DNA from: Octopus bimaculoides
Lineage: Eukaryota
Assembly (NCBI RefSeq): GCF_001194135.2
Contig: NC_068986.1
Location: 67,958,069-68,012,859 of the forward strand
Reading direction: 5' to 3'
DNA length: 54,791 nucleotides
The notes under the pieces are model-generated. The model saw only the letters and a list, made by a program, of their open reading frames with translations. It was not told where the DNA came from and did not search any database. The position numbers were made by a program, and so were the translations under genes. Shown here piece after piece: positions 35,894 through 49,023 of the stretch (its first letter is position 1; every line of letters begins with the position of its first letter).

Positions 35894-36471
35894 NNNNNNN
35901 NNNNNNNNNNNNNNNNNNNNNNNNNNNNNNNNNNNNNNNNNNNNNNNNNNNNNNNNNNNNNNNNNNNNNNNNNNNNNNNNNNNNNNNNNNNNNNNNNNNN
36001 NNNNNNNNNNNNNNNNNNNNNNNNNNNNNNNNNNNNNNNNNNNNNNNNNNNNNNNNNNNNNNNNNNNNNNNNNNNNNNNNNNNNNNNNNNNNNNNNNNNN
36101 NNNNNNNNNNNNNNNNNNNNNNNNNNNNNNNNNNNNNNNNNNNNNNNNNNNNNNNNNNNNNNNNNNNNNNNNNNNNNNNNNNNNNNNNNNNNNNNNNNNN
36201 NNNNNNNNNNNNNNNNNNNNNNNNNNNNNNNNNNNNNNNNNNNNNNNNNNNNNNNNNNNNNNNNNNNNNNNNNNNNNNNNNNNNNNNNNNNNNNNNNNNN
36301 NNNNNNNNNNNNNNNNNNNNNNNNNNNNNNNNNNNNNNNNNNNNNNNNNNNNNNNNNNNNNNNNNNNNNNNNNNNNNNNNNNNNNNNNNNNNNNNNNNNN
36401 NNNNNNNNNNNNNNNNNNNNNNNNNNNNNNNNNNNNNNNNNNNNNNNNNNNNNNNNNNNNNNNNNNNNNNN

Positions 36472-36512
<41 letters not shown>

Positions 36513-38269
36513 TATATGAAGGTATGTATGTGCGTACGTATGTTTGTGTGCATGCGGTTATAGACAAAGATATTTATTAACATTCATAAACGTATATATA
36601 TAAATAGATATGTACATATATATAATTATACTTATGTAGATATTTTATAATGTATGTATATATATGTGTGTATGTGAGTGTATATATATATATATATATA
36701 TACATACATAAATGCTTATATGTATGTGCGTGTGCGCGCGTATGTGTTTATGTGTGTGTAAATATATGTATATGTTGTATATTTTTGCACATGTACGTAT
36801 ATATATGTATGAGTGTATGTTGCAATTTGAGTTTATATTTTAATGGATTTTTAGTTTGCGTCCCTCCTTTTCCATTTGCTTATATTCTTCATACTTTGCC
36901 TGTTGTGAAAACAAATTCAGCCTTTAGGAACCGAAAGACTTTCTCCGCCATTTCGATTTACATTTATGTCAGTGTTTTCCTTATATTTCAATTTGCTAAG
37001 TTTTAAAGCATTTTTTCAGCCGTTTTTCCACTAAAGCTTTAATTTGTTAATTTGTTTGTTGCATATATTGCTTTAACTCTCTTACATATATATATATATT
37101 TCTGTTTCAGGAGCTGTTGTAGAAATCTAGTAAGATTGCCATCACATATATTCCTATTTACATGTATGTATGTATGTATGTATGTACGTGGTTGAAAACT
37201 GTACAAAAAACAAAAAGCAAAAGTTAAACAGGTGAGAGAACAGACAAGATGTATTAGCTTAATGCTCAGAGAAAATGGAAGAGTCTTTTGATGTTTCGAG
37301 GCTACACTCTTCTACAGAAAGGAAATTGTATACGTGTGTGTATGTATGTATGTATGTATGTATATATGTGTGTGCATGTGTGTGCGTGTGTGTGTGTCTG
37401 TGTGTATGTGTGTGCGTCAGTCTATCTGTGTCGCACCTTAAATGGAATTCATAGATGCTGATCATAAGCGGTTCTTCAGAAGACGAGAAATACAAGTCAC
37501 AAATATGGAGTTAGCATGTTTATATAGCAGAGAGGTACAAGGCCAGTGGAAAGAAGGGTAAGGGAACGGAAGCGGGGGCCGTTATCCAGGCCCTCACAAC
37601 CACAATAGTGGACTTATGTTGATAAGAATTAATATAGAGCATGAAAATATTGCTGTAACGCAGAATTTCGTTAGAAGACATAATTCTCATTGATTTTCAT
37701 GAGCTGTGTACTGTCATTTTTTTCAAACTCCAGGTCAAAGAAGCAATGCTTCTGTAAAGTGACAATTTATAAACACATTGTACAGTATGTGTGCACTAAA
37801 AACAAATATTTGAAAGATAAATTCATTGGGGAATAAAAATGTAGTAATAGCGTTGTCAATAATTTTGGTAACACGACGCTTTGAAAGAATACGGGTAACT
37901 ATTGGTCGGATTTCGTAACTAGCCAACGGCTATTCTCAGAAACTGAGATGTGTCCTGATGCTTGTATGATGCGGGACCGTCAGTTGGGACAGTTTGGACC
38001 TGTAGCTCGATTTTCCGAGTGGGACCCTGCGTGTTATGTTCTCTTCTCTGAAGATCCGGCTGGGGTGACGCCTCGAGTTGACCAGTTACATGTCATATGA
38101 TCCTGGCGGGTGGGGAAGCATCTCGCAGAGATAGGAACTGACATGGACACTTCTCAGAGAGTTACTCGAGACAAGCCTAAGAAATACTGACAAATGATAG
38201 ATGCAGCGACTTGCCTCAACGGTGTATCCCCCATACCTTACCTGAATAGCGTTGTAGTGTTTGTAAATA

Positions 38270-38980
38270 CTACGGATTTTAATTGCTGCGTGACTGAAGT
38301 TGCTGTAATGGAAGTTATTTTGAGACAGAGGGAAAGAGAGGGAATTCCAAATCGCCGACGTTCTTGGTTAGAAGGAACGGGTGTAGTATTTATTATGGAT
38401 CCTACACCCCAACAAGCTGGTGAAAGGAGAGTTAAGTGGTTGGGAGTACTTGAGTGGAAGCGGTTTGAGTCGAGCTAATTCTGAGAACAAGAGGCTATTA
38501 AAGAAGCAGTGGAAAAGGCATCGATTTCAGATTATCTATGAGTGATTTATGCTAATCGGTCGAGTGTTGGGGTCTTTTGTGGATGTGATATAAGATGTCA
38601 GTTGTGCCACACCTGTGGGTATAACACTGTTAAGGGTCTCATCTGAGTTTTTTGTTGAGTGTCAATGATTGTTGAAGAAAGTAGCAGCATCTGGTCCTGA
38701 AGAGAAGGTCCAGTCTTTGAGATGCGGTCATGGAATCCAGAGGTGAGCAGTTTTGATAGGTTTTCATACCAGACATGGTGAACAACATTGCAGTTACTGA
38801 AGGCGACAACATTGATTTTACCAAGTTTTTTTCCGAGGCGAGACATGGGATAAATTTGAGGGCATAGGAGAACGAGCCACCTGTGGATCTGACTTTATGG
38901 AAGCTATACTGTTGGTCTTTAACAGGAGAGAAAGGGGATGTAGGAGAGACAGAGAAAGATAGACAGACACAGACAGACAA

Positions 38981-39064
<84 letters not shown>

Positions 39065-39430
39065 CCAAGGTGAGAGTGAACGTTGTTGTAAATAGCTGTT
39101 TCCATTACCTTTGAAATATTAGGGTGAGATGATAGCTAGCATGTTTTAAAACATCATGATGAAGTTTGGTGAGTAAATGGGCTAATTCTGAGGTGCAATT
39201 TCTAAGGACAATGGAAAGGACAACGTGAGGTTTGTTGGCGTTGTTTGTTTGAATCTACCAAGGTTACTTTCACACTTGGTATATGTGTATACAAAACTGA
39301 AAGAGTGAACAGGAATAGATTTGAACTGGTGAAAGATTCGGAGTGAGATTCTTCAAATGTAGTTTGAATACTTTTTTCTGCTGAACAGCCACCTTGCAAC
39401 TATAACCGAACTACTTATAGAACTTGTGAA
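38270..39430 (-). pseudogene. Degenerate CR1/L2-group LINE ORF2 (RT to C-terminus) with internal deletions and a (GACA)n insertion
   Basis: Motifs in order on the minus strand: IVLRNCTSELAHLLTKL; KVMETAIYNNVHSHL; TASQRLDLLFRTR; KTQMRPL..YPQVW; YYTRSF*PRTSAIWNSL (SFFPRT...WNSL C-terminal motif). Confidence 0.75.
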
Positions 39431-40761
39431 GGACATTCCTAAAAGTGTAGGTTCAGATGTTTCTTATAAATGAAGAGCGATAATCATATGATGCCAGAGA
39501 TAGCATAAAACAAATGAATGATCACCGACCAGTCAGCTGACTCAGTACCATAGCGTGCGAGGTCTAGAAGGCATTGCGTAGTATATGGATGTGTGTTTTA
39601 TGTTACACGTCCATATACTCTCGGAAGCCTAGACCGAATGCTTTCAACAAAGCCATCGCCTCTAAAGGCACCAAATTTACACCTTCCTCTTTCTGGAAAA
39701 CCTTACACAAACTCTTAACTTCCGCTCAAAAAGCCATTCTATTTATCTGCACACCACAATAAATCTCGTTGTTGATTCACTCGCTCAGGAGCCATTCCAT
39801 ATTGAGAGCGCTGGACCTAGTTTTAACGTTATTGTTAGGTATTATTCACATTATTATAGATGAAAATTTGAATGCTTTTCAATTTGACAACTTTTCTCTC
39901 AAAACAAATCTTTGTAATATATCAAATTTAATGTCCAACGTAATCACCTTACGACTACTTTTGGCATTATGCCTTCACCTCTACTTTGTGATTTTTTCCC
40001 ATTTCTCATGAATAATGACGATACAATAAACTGTGCGTGATTGTACTTACATAAGACTGTAGCAGACATAAACAACAATTGCTCACCAAGTAGCAGGATA
40101 GGACAATCCGATGAAACTAATAATGTTTTCCATCAGCAAAGAATTGAATTGGCCGGTGGTAAGAAACTGCAATGTTCGTAGAATGGAGGGACGGGCAGAT
40201 GTATAAAAGTGTCATACCAAATTTATATAAGCTATTTAAAAAGTTATTTTATATAAGTACATACGGATCGCGATTTTAGTTTTTAAAATTACTGGTGGTA
40301 GTGGAATATCGTTGACGGATGCATTGATGCATATTTTCTCCATATTCTGGTACTCGTGAAGATACCTCGTTTTTAAAATTATTAAAATGTAACCGAGTTT
40401 CCGAAAGAGCGGAATTACAGGCTATATTCCGTTCTTCTAATCATATTTACAGTTTCTCTAAGGAATGTGGACTTTGAAAACTGACTTTCTATTAGACGGG
40501 AGTATGAATGCGTGTATGTGTGCTTGCGCGCGCGTGTGTGTTCGTGTGCGTGTACGTTTGTACCTGTGTATGTGTGTGCGTGTACCTGTGTGTTATTAAT
40601 TAATATCCAATTTTTTACCCTACTATATCTAAATATACTAGCATTATAACACGATTTCATTCGGGTGTACTCGAGCCACATTTTAAAGATTTTAAAGAGG
40701 AGTTTTGCCCTAGAGGCCACGTCTTTCAATTGAGCTTGGGATTAAAATGGCATAGTCTTTT

Positions 40762-41025
40762 ATTCTTTTATTTGTTTCAGTCATGTGACTACGGCCATGC
40801 TGGAGCATTGCCGTTGGGTGAAGAAATCGACCACAAGATTTATTCTATGTAAGCCTAGTACTTATTATATCAGTGTCTTTTGCCAAACCGCTAAGTTACG
40901 GGGACATAAACACATCAACATCGGTAATCAAGCGATGGAGAGGGGACTTACACACATGCACGCACGCACAAACAAATATACACATATATACGACAGTTGT
41001 CTTTCAGTTTCCGTGCACGAAATCC
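40762..41025 (-). mobile_element. Family B SINE 3' half
   Basis: tgtttcagtcatgtgactacggccatgctggagca ... ttttgccaaaccgctaagttacggggac. Confidence 0.85.
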
Positions 41026-42820
41026 GCTCACAAGACTATGGTGTCTTGGAATTGTGTACGGACTACCCAACACAATTCTTAGACACCATACATATATGCA
41101 CCTTACTTTAAGCTATAGCCAATCCTTAAAATGCCCCTTACCTCACTCTATCAACCTCTCTTTCTCTTTATTTTCTTTTTTTTTTTTTTTTTCCTTTTAC
41201 CAATTAATAGCCACCTCCGCTACCATTCTATTATTGAACCTTCATATGTTCACATCTTTCTCTTGGATTTTCTTCCTATAATAAAATTGTATATGGATTG
41301 AGATGTTTGCCTTACCTTAATGTTTGATGTCTCGTTTAACAATTATATATCCGCTGCATCGGAAATCTGCAATGGCTCCATAACTACCGTCTCGGCAATA
41401 ACCCTGGAGCCCCAGTAATCCGCTAGAGCANNNNNNNNNNNNNNNNNNNNNNNNNNNNNNNNNNNNNNNNNNNNNNNNNNNNNNNNNNNNNNNNNNNNNN
41501 NNNNNNNNNNNNNNNNNNNNNNNNNNNNNNNNNNNNNNNNNNNNNNNNNNNNNNNNNNNNNNNNNNNNNNNNNNNNNNNNNNNNNNNNNNNNNNNNNNNN
41601 NNNNNNNNNNNNNNNNNNNNNNNNNNNNNNNNNNNNNNNNNNNNNNNNNNNNNNNNNNNNNNNNNNNNNNNNNNNNNNNNNNNNNNNNNNNNNNNNNNNN
41701 NNNNNNNNNNNNNNNNNNNNNNNNNNNNNNNNNNNNNNNNNNNNNNNNNNNNNNNNNNNNNNNNNNNNNNNNNNNNNNNNNNNNNNNNNNNNNNNNNNNN
41801 NNNNNNNNNNNNNNNNNNNNNNNNNNNNNNNNNNNNNNNNNNNNNNNNNNNNNNNNNNNNNNNNNNNNNNNNNNNNNNNNNNNNNNNNNNNNNNNNNNNN
41901 NNNNNNNNNNNNNNNNNNNNNNNNNNNNNNNNNNNNNNNNNNNNNNNNNNNNNNNNNNNNNNNNNNNNNNNNNNNNNNNNNNNNNNNNNNNNNNNNNNNN
42001 NNNNNTATATATATACTTTATATAAATTATATATGTGTATATATATATATATATATAAATTAACACAATAAATATCTGATTAATAATATCTGTTATCATG
42101 ATTGTGCGGTGGTGGTAGGTGATAATAATTCACCGTTCTAAAAGCCCTGTGGTAGGACTATTTAAACTTCAAGAGAGTGAAACGTATTTAAGACACAATA
42201 TAATTATTTACTATTTTATTCCTCTCCATTAAACACAGACGGTCACCAGTTTTGTTCTTTGCATGTATGTATGTATGTATGTATGTATGTATGTATGTAT
42301 GTATGTATGTATGTTTTAATGTACTCGATTTGGCTGTTATTTCTAGGACATTAATTGCCACGTAGAGGAAAACTTGCGGTTGTCAACGCTTTCTTTCTGT
42401 AGATTCAAACAGGCGTACAGAGAGAGAGGCGGTGGGAGAAAGAGTGACAGAGAGACGGTGAAGATGGAGAGGAAAAGAGAGAGAGTGGAAGCTGTCAGAC
42501 GCCCTTATAAATGACAAAGTGGAGGAAAAGGAGGAAAGAGAGAGATTGGGGAAGAAAGCGTCATAGCCGAAAGAGAGAAACGACAAACACCTGTCAAAGT
42601 TCGTTTAAAGACGAGGAATTTTGCCCTAGCGGCCACGCCTTTCACTCGTGCAAAACTTAAATTTGCCATGCATACTCTCACCAGCACCTTTCCCATAGGT
42701 GTGCAAATTTTCAGCTCAAACCGACCACGTTTACTAACATTTTTGCCTGCACAACTGCACTGAGACAACGTCCGCCCTTTTCACAAATATATAATAAAAG
42801 ATATATAAAACCTATCGCAA

Positions 42821-42861
<41 letters not shown>

Positions 42862-42885
42862 TAGATACATACATACATACATACA

Positions 42886-43596
42886 CGATGTTGTGGACAA
42901 GACAGGATAACCCCGGGGCTAAGGAGATGAAAACCCATAATGAGGTAGAGGCCATTACCACTAACAATATGAAAGTGTATTGGTGGAATGTCCCAATAAA
43001 AACCTCAATAAAATGCAGACATAATAGACCGGATATAGTAATCTGGGACAGAGAAGAGAAACTGTGTACAGTAGTAGAAATCAGCTGTCCTACGGATGTC
43101 AACATCACACTAAAGATTAGAGAAAAAGAGAACAACTACGCCGAGCTACTGAGAAATTTGCAGATACTCCACCCAGACTACAAGTTCAGATTCATACCCG
43201 TGATTGTTGGGGCATTGGGATATGTAACGAACTGCCTCAACAAAAACCTGGAAAAATTAGGGTTCTCAAAACCTGAAAGAAAAAGGCTGATTAGAAGACT
43301 ACAGATTCAAGCCATCAATGGAACTGTAAAGATATGTAAAACTTTCCAAAAATTTAGCACATAAATGCATATGCAGGCATCTTGACATGAAAATATATAC
43401 ATAAAAACGCATCCATAAAACAAACATACAAATCTGTGCATACACTAACACCAAATACTGCACACACACACACACACACATATGCACAAATACATAGATG
43501 ATGTTGATAAAAGTTCCAATGAAGGAGCCTTGAAGCTATGTTAGAGTCCGGCTCTTTCTCTATGGACAAGAAATACAGAAATGAAACTGATTGATA
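42886..43596 (+). mobile_element. 5'-truncated R4/Dong-clade non-LTR retrotransposon: restriction-like endonuclease (PD-(D/E)xK) domain plus 3' UTR, inserted in (TACA)n
   Basis: Stop-free ORF 42888-43364 contains WNVPIKT...HNRPDIVIWD...VVEISCP...EKENNYAEL...IPVIVGALG, the RPD...E and P.IVGALG motifs of R4/Dong RLE. Flanked by (TACA)5 at 42866-42885 and (ACAT)4 at 43597-43612. Confidence 0.9.
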
Positions 43597-44290
43597 ACAT
43601 ACATACATACATGGTTATAAATTCACTTAAGCTGTAATGAAACAAACTTCCTCCATTCATTTTTCCCTACTTTCCAACTACAGAATAACTACTAGCTAAA
43701 CAAGTTCAACGACAAGCGTAATGCGATTTCATATACAAAGTGTAATTTAACGTGTTAAACCCGTGAGCTGCCAGTAATGTCAGGATTCAAACAATTCTAC
43801 CATTTCTCCTCACAAACAATCCAAAATTAAATCGAATCTAACTAAATTTAACACTCATTTCAACTGTAAATTCAACGTCATCTTCGGGATAAAAAAAAAA
43901 AGTGGAAATGCTCCTGGGCAAATAACACTTCATTCGGTTAAAATTAATTGTCCTTACATCTTTACTTCAAATCAGAGTTCATAACTCGATCTTGCTACGC
44001 ACATGTGTTTTCACAGTAGAATGGAAGCAATTAAAATAATTTAGGTTGAATAGATTTTAAATACAACTGCAAATTAAAACCATGTGGTTGAGAGCAACGC
44101 TTTGCAGCTATGTGGTTCCATGTTCGATCTTATTGTGAAGAACCTTAGGAAATTATATTCTACCATGATCTATGTTGTGTAAAAGCCTTCTAATTGTAAT
44201 TTACTTGGTACAAACACTGTGGATGATTGTTGTATAATTAACTGCCTCTGTGTGTATGTGTGTATGCATATATATATATATATATATACG

Positions 44291-44337
<47 letters not shown>

Positions 44338-44953
44338 NNNNNNNNNNNNNNNNNNNNNNNNNNNNNNNNNNNNNNNNNNNNNNNNNNNNNNNNNNNNNNN
44401 NNNNNNNNNNNNNNNNNNNNNNNNNNNNNNNNNNNNNNNNNNNNNNNNNNNNNNNNNNNNNNNNNNNNNNNNNNNNNNNNNNNNNNNNNNNNNNNNNNNN
44501 NNNNNNNNNNNNNNNNNNNNNNNNNNNNNNNNNNNNNNNNNNNNNNNNNNNNNNNNNNNNNNNNNNNNNNNNNNNNNNNNNNNNNNNNNNNNNNNNNNNN
44601 NNNNNNNNNNNNNNNNNNNNNNNNNNNNNNNNNNNNNNNNNNNNNNNNNNNNNNNNNNNNNNNNNNNNNNNNNNNNNNNNNNNNNNNNNNNNNNNNNNNN
44701 NNNNNNNNNNNNNNNNNNNNNNNNNNNNNNNNNNNNNNNNNNNNNNNNNNNNNNNNNNNNNNNNNNNNNNNNNNNNNNNNNNNNNNNNNNNNNNNNNNNN
44801 NNNNNNNNNNNNNNNNNNNNNNNNNNNNNNNNNNNNNNNNNNNNNNNNNNNNNNNNNNNNNNNNNNNNNNNNNNNNNNNNNNTAGTTTTATTTATTTTAT
44901 CTATCTCTCTTACATTTATCACAGGTATGTGGTAGATATATTTATATATTTAA

Positions 44954-45977
44954 CTAGCAGAGGCACCCGGCGTTGCCAGGGAATGAAATTGTTGCATATA
45001 TACTGGAAGAAAAAAAGCAAAATATGCTGTATAGAAATTTGAGGACATTCTGTAGATGGACTCTCAGATGAATGGTGGCTGGGCGCCTCTCATGAATGGG
45101 AAAATTGAAGATGCGCCAAGAAGCCTCATTGGTACTTGGAAACTTTTACCAAAATTAAAATGGAGATTAAATGAAAAAAATAATTTACGTGAATATCCTC
45201 ACAAAAGTAATTGAAATAAATGGCGGTTGTGGAACCCCACACGCACGCACACACGCACGCACACACACACACACAGAGTATCAAACATCAGAAGAAATCG
45301 ACGTGTGTGTATGTGTGACAGAGAGAGAGAGAGAGAGAGAGGTTTGTTGTCATGTATACGTACATGCATAAATATGCATACGTCTTTATGTGTGAGTGTG
45401 TGTGTATGCGTGTGTATGAGAGAGAGAGAGAGAGAGTAAATACTACTTACACACCGCTCTCTCACTCTGTCTCTCACACACACACACGCACACATACATC
45501 CAAAAATGATGGATGCATATGACAACACACCCCTTGACTCACTCACACTCTGTCTCTTACAAACACACACATACATAAATGTATACAAACATATTTACAA
45601 AGACACACGTGTGTGTGTGTGCGCGCCGCGCGTGTGTTGTGTGTGTGAGAGTGAGAGAGAGAGAGAAACTACGTCAATACCGGAAGTTGACATTGCATCG
45701 CAAGTATGTAAGCATTTGGTACAAAAACGTCAAAGTAGAGAGTGAAGCTTATTGCCGTTGTTACGTCAAAACCGGAAGTTGACATTGAGGAACCTTTTTA
45801 AAGAAGTGAATCTTAAATATAAAGAAATATTATTTATTTTTAATTAAAAAAATCAAATGAAGAGCCTAACATTTATCCGAGGTCAAATTATTCATGCATC
45901 ACAAGTATGGAAGCATTTGGTGAAGTCGATTTCACGTGAAAAGCGAATACACAGACATCTCTATTTTATATATTAGA
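44954..45977 (-). mobile_element. Non-autonomous Helitron, both ends intact
   Basis: Minus strand 5' a|TCTAATATATAAAATAG at 45977. The 3' end has an imperfect hairpin CCCTGGCAACGCCGGG (44981-44966), then CTAG|t at 44954. The A|T insertion site without TSD is canonical for Helitrons. Confidence 0.85.
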
Positions 45978-46179
45978 TTATTTATTTATACATATATGTA
46001 TTTATTTACTTTTTTATACAACTATCTCTATTTCTCATAAGTATCACAGGTAAGTGCATATATGTCTATTGTGTGTGTATTGCCCTGTATGTTTCTGTGT
46101 ATTATTTACGGGTTCTTTTTTCCGTTTCCCTCTCTCTTCACATCCCTTCTATCTTTAGTCATGTGGTATGGTGGTGGCC

Positions 46180-47760
46180 ATTACTGTTTCATTACTGTCC
46201 CATTCATGTTTTCTACTGAAGCTCGGTCTGTTTACTGTTATGTGTGTGGCTTCTGTAATCTATCTGAACGTCGTGTCAGTTTTATGTGTCGATAGTACTT
46301 TAACCTCTATGCTATTAATCGAGCCTCCATGTTCTGCCTGAGCATGCTAGTAGCACTGACGAGCTTTTCCACTCTTTGAGCTCACGCCAATGTTCACCTA
46401 TACGCTTTCCTATGCTGCGTGCAATCTCTCGTACGGTCGGTAGTTGTCATGTCTCCGCACCGTCCCTCAGTACATCGTAAGCTATACACTACATTCCTAA
46501 CCTTACAGTTAACCTGTTGTTTCATCCTACATACAACACAATTGTACTCCACGCAGGGAGACTTATCAAAGGGATAGGTATTGCAGATCAGAGATTTTAA
46601 AGGGGCGCCAGGCCTTTCTACTACTTTAATTCGTAGATTAGCCTTACTTAATGTTTTTCTAAAAAGGCTAGTTCGCCATAAGGGGTATTATCAATGAGCA
46701 TGACACTGGTAATTTTTGTTGTCATACCAAATGTTGGCCTTATTTATCTTATTACTGGTCCTTTTTGTGCTGTTCCAGGATTTACTCCTATACAGCGGGC
46801 AGATCCCCTTAGCATCACTCTTTATGATGGCTTTGTACTTAGTCCTAGCTCCTTTGTACACTCTAATCCTGTCCCTTTGGTTGTAGCCAGAAAAGTGTTG
46901 TATATGTCTTTCCAATTCCATAGAGTCGCACATGCGAGACACGTTCCTCATCACTCTCACCAAGTCAGCTACGAGAATGTTGAACTTGGCGTTGTCCACA
47001 ATCGTTGCATTCATGTAAACAGGGTACTTAGAGGCTATGGGCCTGGCATAAACAGAGTGAAGGATCAAGACCTTACCGTTCTACGTTTCTAGCCAGAGTT
47101 CAGTGTCTAAAACGGGTAATCTATGGTTAGGGTGCTTACTAGGGTAGTCTATTGTGTGTGCTGTTTTTATACTCTGGTGGATAGAGTTAGCTATTTTCTG
47201 GATACTCTCCATAGTGTTAGCTTCTAGATCATCAACTTTGTCTTATAGGGGTGCTCTGGCTACTATGTTGATATCATCCACGTGGCAGGAGTACATGGTT
47301 AGGTTTATGGAGTTCTCTGCTAATTTCTCTATAAGTCTCCTATCCCACCATACCATAAATAGGTTAGCTACATCACCAGCAATACTGACACCGATGGCTG
47401 TACCTTCCTCTTAGGAGTATATCTTATTATTAAACTTAAATATATGGACCTTGAGTGTGGTTTTGGTACTCGCACCCACCGCATGTGCGATCATCTTTTT
47501 AACCTGATCATTATTTTCGGAGGTCCGTATTTCTCGGGTCCACCCATTTCATCTCTTTGAGGGTATTCCTGACCATAGAAGTTATAGTGGGGCAGTGTCT
47601 ACTTCTTATCGATCTAGTGGGGCAGAAACAACTAAGGTCATATTTATCTGAGTATTCATTGTCGCTTGTCAGTCTCAGAACGAGACCTAGTTTTTCAGTG
47701 TCAACACGACGGAACTCCACATCACTCTCGCTGACCAAAAACGCCAGAATGTAAAGCTGT
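46180..47760 (-). pseudogene. Penelope-like element: reverse transcriptase, Cys linker and GIY-YIG endonuclease, decayed
   Basis: Reads EKLGLVLRL...CP.R...PTITS; HIFKFNNKIYS*EEGTAIGVSIAGDVANLFMVWWD; YSCHVDDI; DYPSKHPNHRLPVLD; CPLYRSKSW...WY; SVMLIDNTPYGELA; IKVVERPG...CVEYNCVVC...NCKVRNV; RSIGKRIGEH; ITEATHI. Confidence 0.9.
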
Positions 47761-47781
47761 GTATACATGTGTGTGTGCGTG

Positions 47782-47830
<49 letters not shown>

Positions 47831-47849
47831 GGGTACATACATATGTACC

Positions 47850-48350
47850 AACAGTAAACAACATGAAATACGAAAACAAATGAGTTAAATACGCAAATAA
47901 CGAGAGAAAAAAGAAGACAAGTAATTCCAAACCAAGAATGACCCTTCATCAGTTGTCGGCCGTCTATCTATTTCCCATTTCGAGCAATCAACGACAATAT
48001 GAGTCTTCGAAGACAGTTGCTCCCAAATTTAGGAACAAAAAAACAAGACACTGGTGACATACAGGAAAACCAAACGAAAACAAAGATGGACGGTCGTTAG
48101 ACCTGAACGAGGGGAAAATAGTGAACGCTGAGAGAAATATTTTCTTTGGAAAGAAAAGATAGAAGGAGGTAGACGTCCAGTCCTTAGAACGTCCGTGTAG
48201 GAAAGAAAGATGGGCACGTGAGGAAAAGATGGACGATAGTCACGTGTGTGCAACGAGAGAGAGAAAAAAAGAGAAAGAGGGGAGAGAGAGACAGATAAAA
48301 AAGGTTAAAGGGAGAAAAGGGAATTCGAAAGGATAGGGGAGAAAACAGTA
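47850..48350 (-). mobile_element. Putative PLE-associated pyrimidine-rich repeat with a partial hammerhead-like core
   Basis: Minus strand is C/T-rich with CTGATGAAGGG at about 47952->47942, but the GAAA half is not recognisable. Confidence 0.35.
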
Positions 48351-48779
48351 CAGAGTCGCATCAAAAAAGGCTAAAATAAATTTAAACTTATTTGGAAATG
48401 GATGCGTGGTATTCAGTTAAATAATAACACTAACAACCTGGTGTTACGACTCAATATACATATGCCTCAGAAAATAGCGTAAGTCGACTACAAAGCATGA
48501 TAAGTAATGAAATAAATCACAAGGTAACAAGAAATTATGTAATGAACTTCATTAGCTTACAGCTGTTTCTGCCTTAAAATACAATGCATTTATAATTGAG
48601 TACATATTGCGTCACCTTATAGCTTTGTCGGAGCTTCAAAAGTGAAATGCACTCTACCATAGCCGAGGATTCATTACCACTCAGTTTTAACTGCAGTGTA
48701 TCTTTAAGAAGAACCAGCAGTAAGCTAATGAGCTGCATTACATAATCTCTGGTTTCCTTGTTGTTTTTATTCTGCACAC

Positions 48780-48990
48780 AACAAAACGAAGCGTTACTAC
48801 AACCATAGAATCGATGTGGTCGAATTGACATTATACCATGAAAGGTTTAGTCGAACGAATCGCCAGGAGTACTTATATTTTAAGACTTGTTCTTATTCTA
48901 TCGGTCTCTTTTGCCAAACCGCTAATTTAGCGGGGATGCAAACAAACTAACACCCATTATCAAGTAGTGATGACAGCCATAAATATAAAG

Positions 48991-49023
<33 letters not shown>

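Noticed and set aside
38598-38846. Initial reading of this ORF as a PLE linker
   Set aside because: Neighbouring frames give CR1/L2-type motifs (RP..Y..VW, SF.PRT...WNSL), so it was reassigned.
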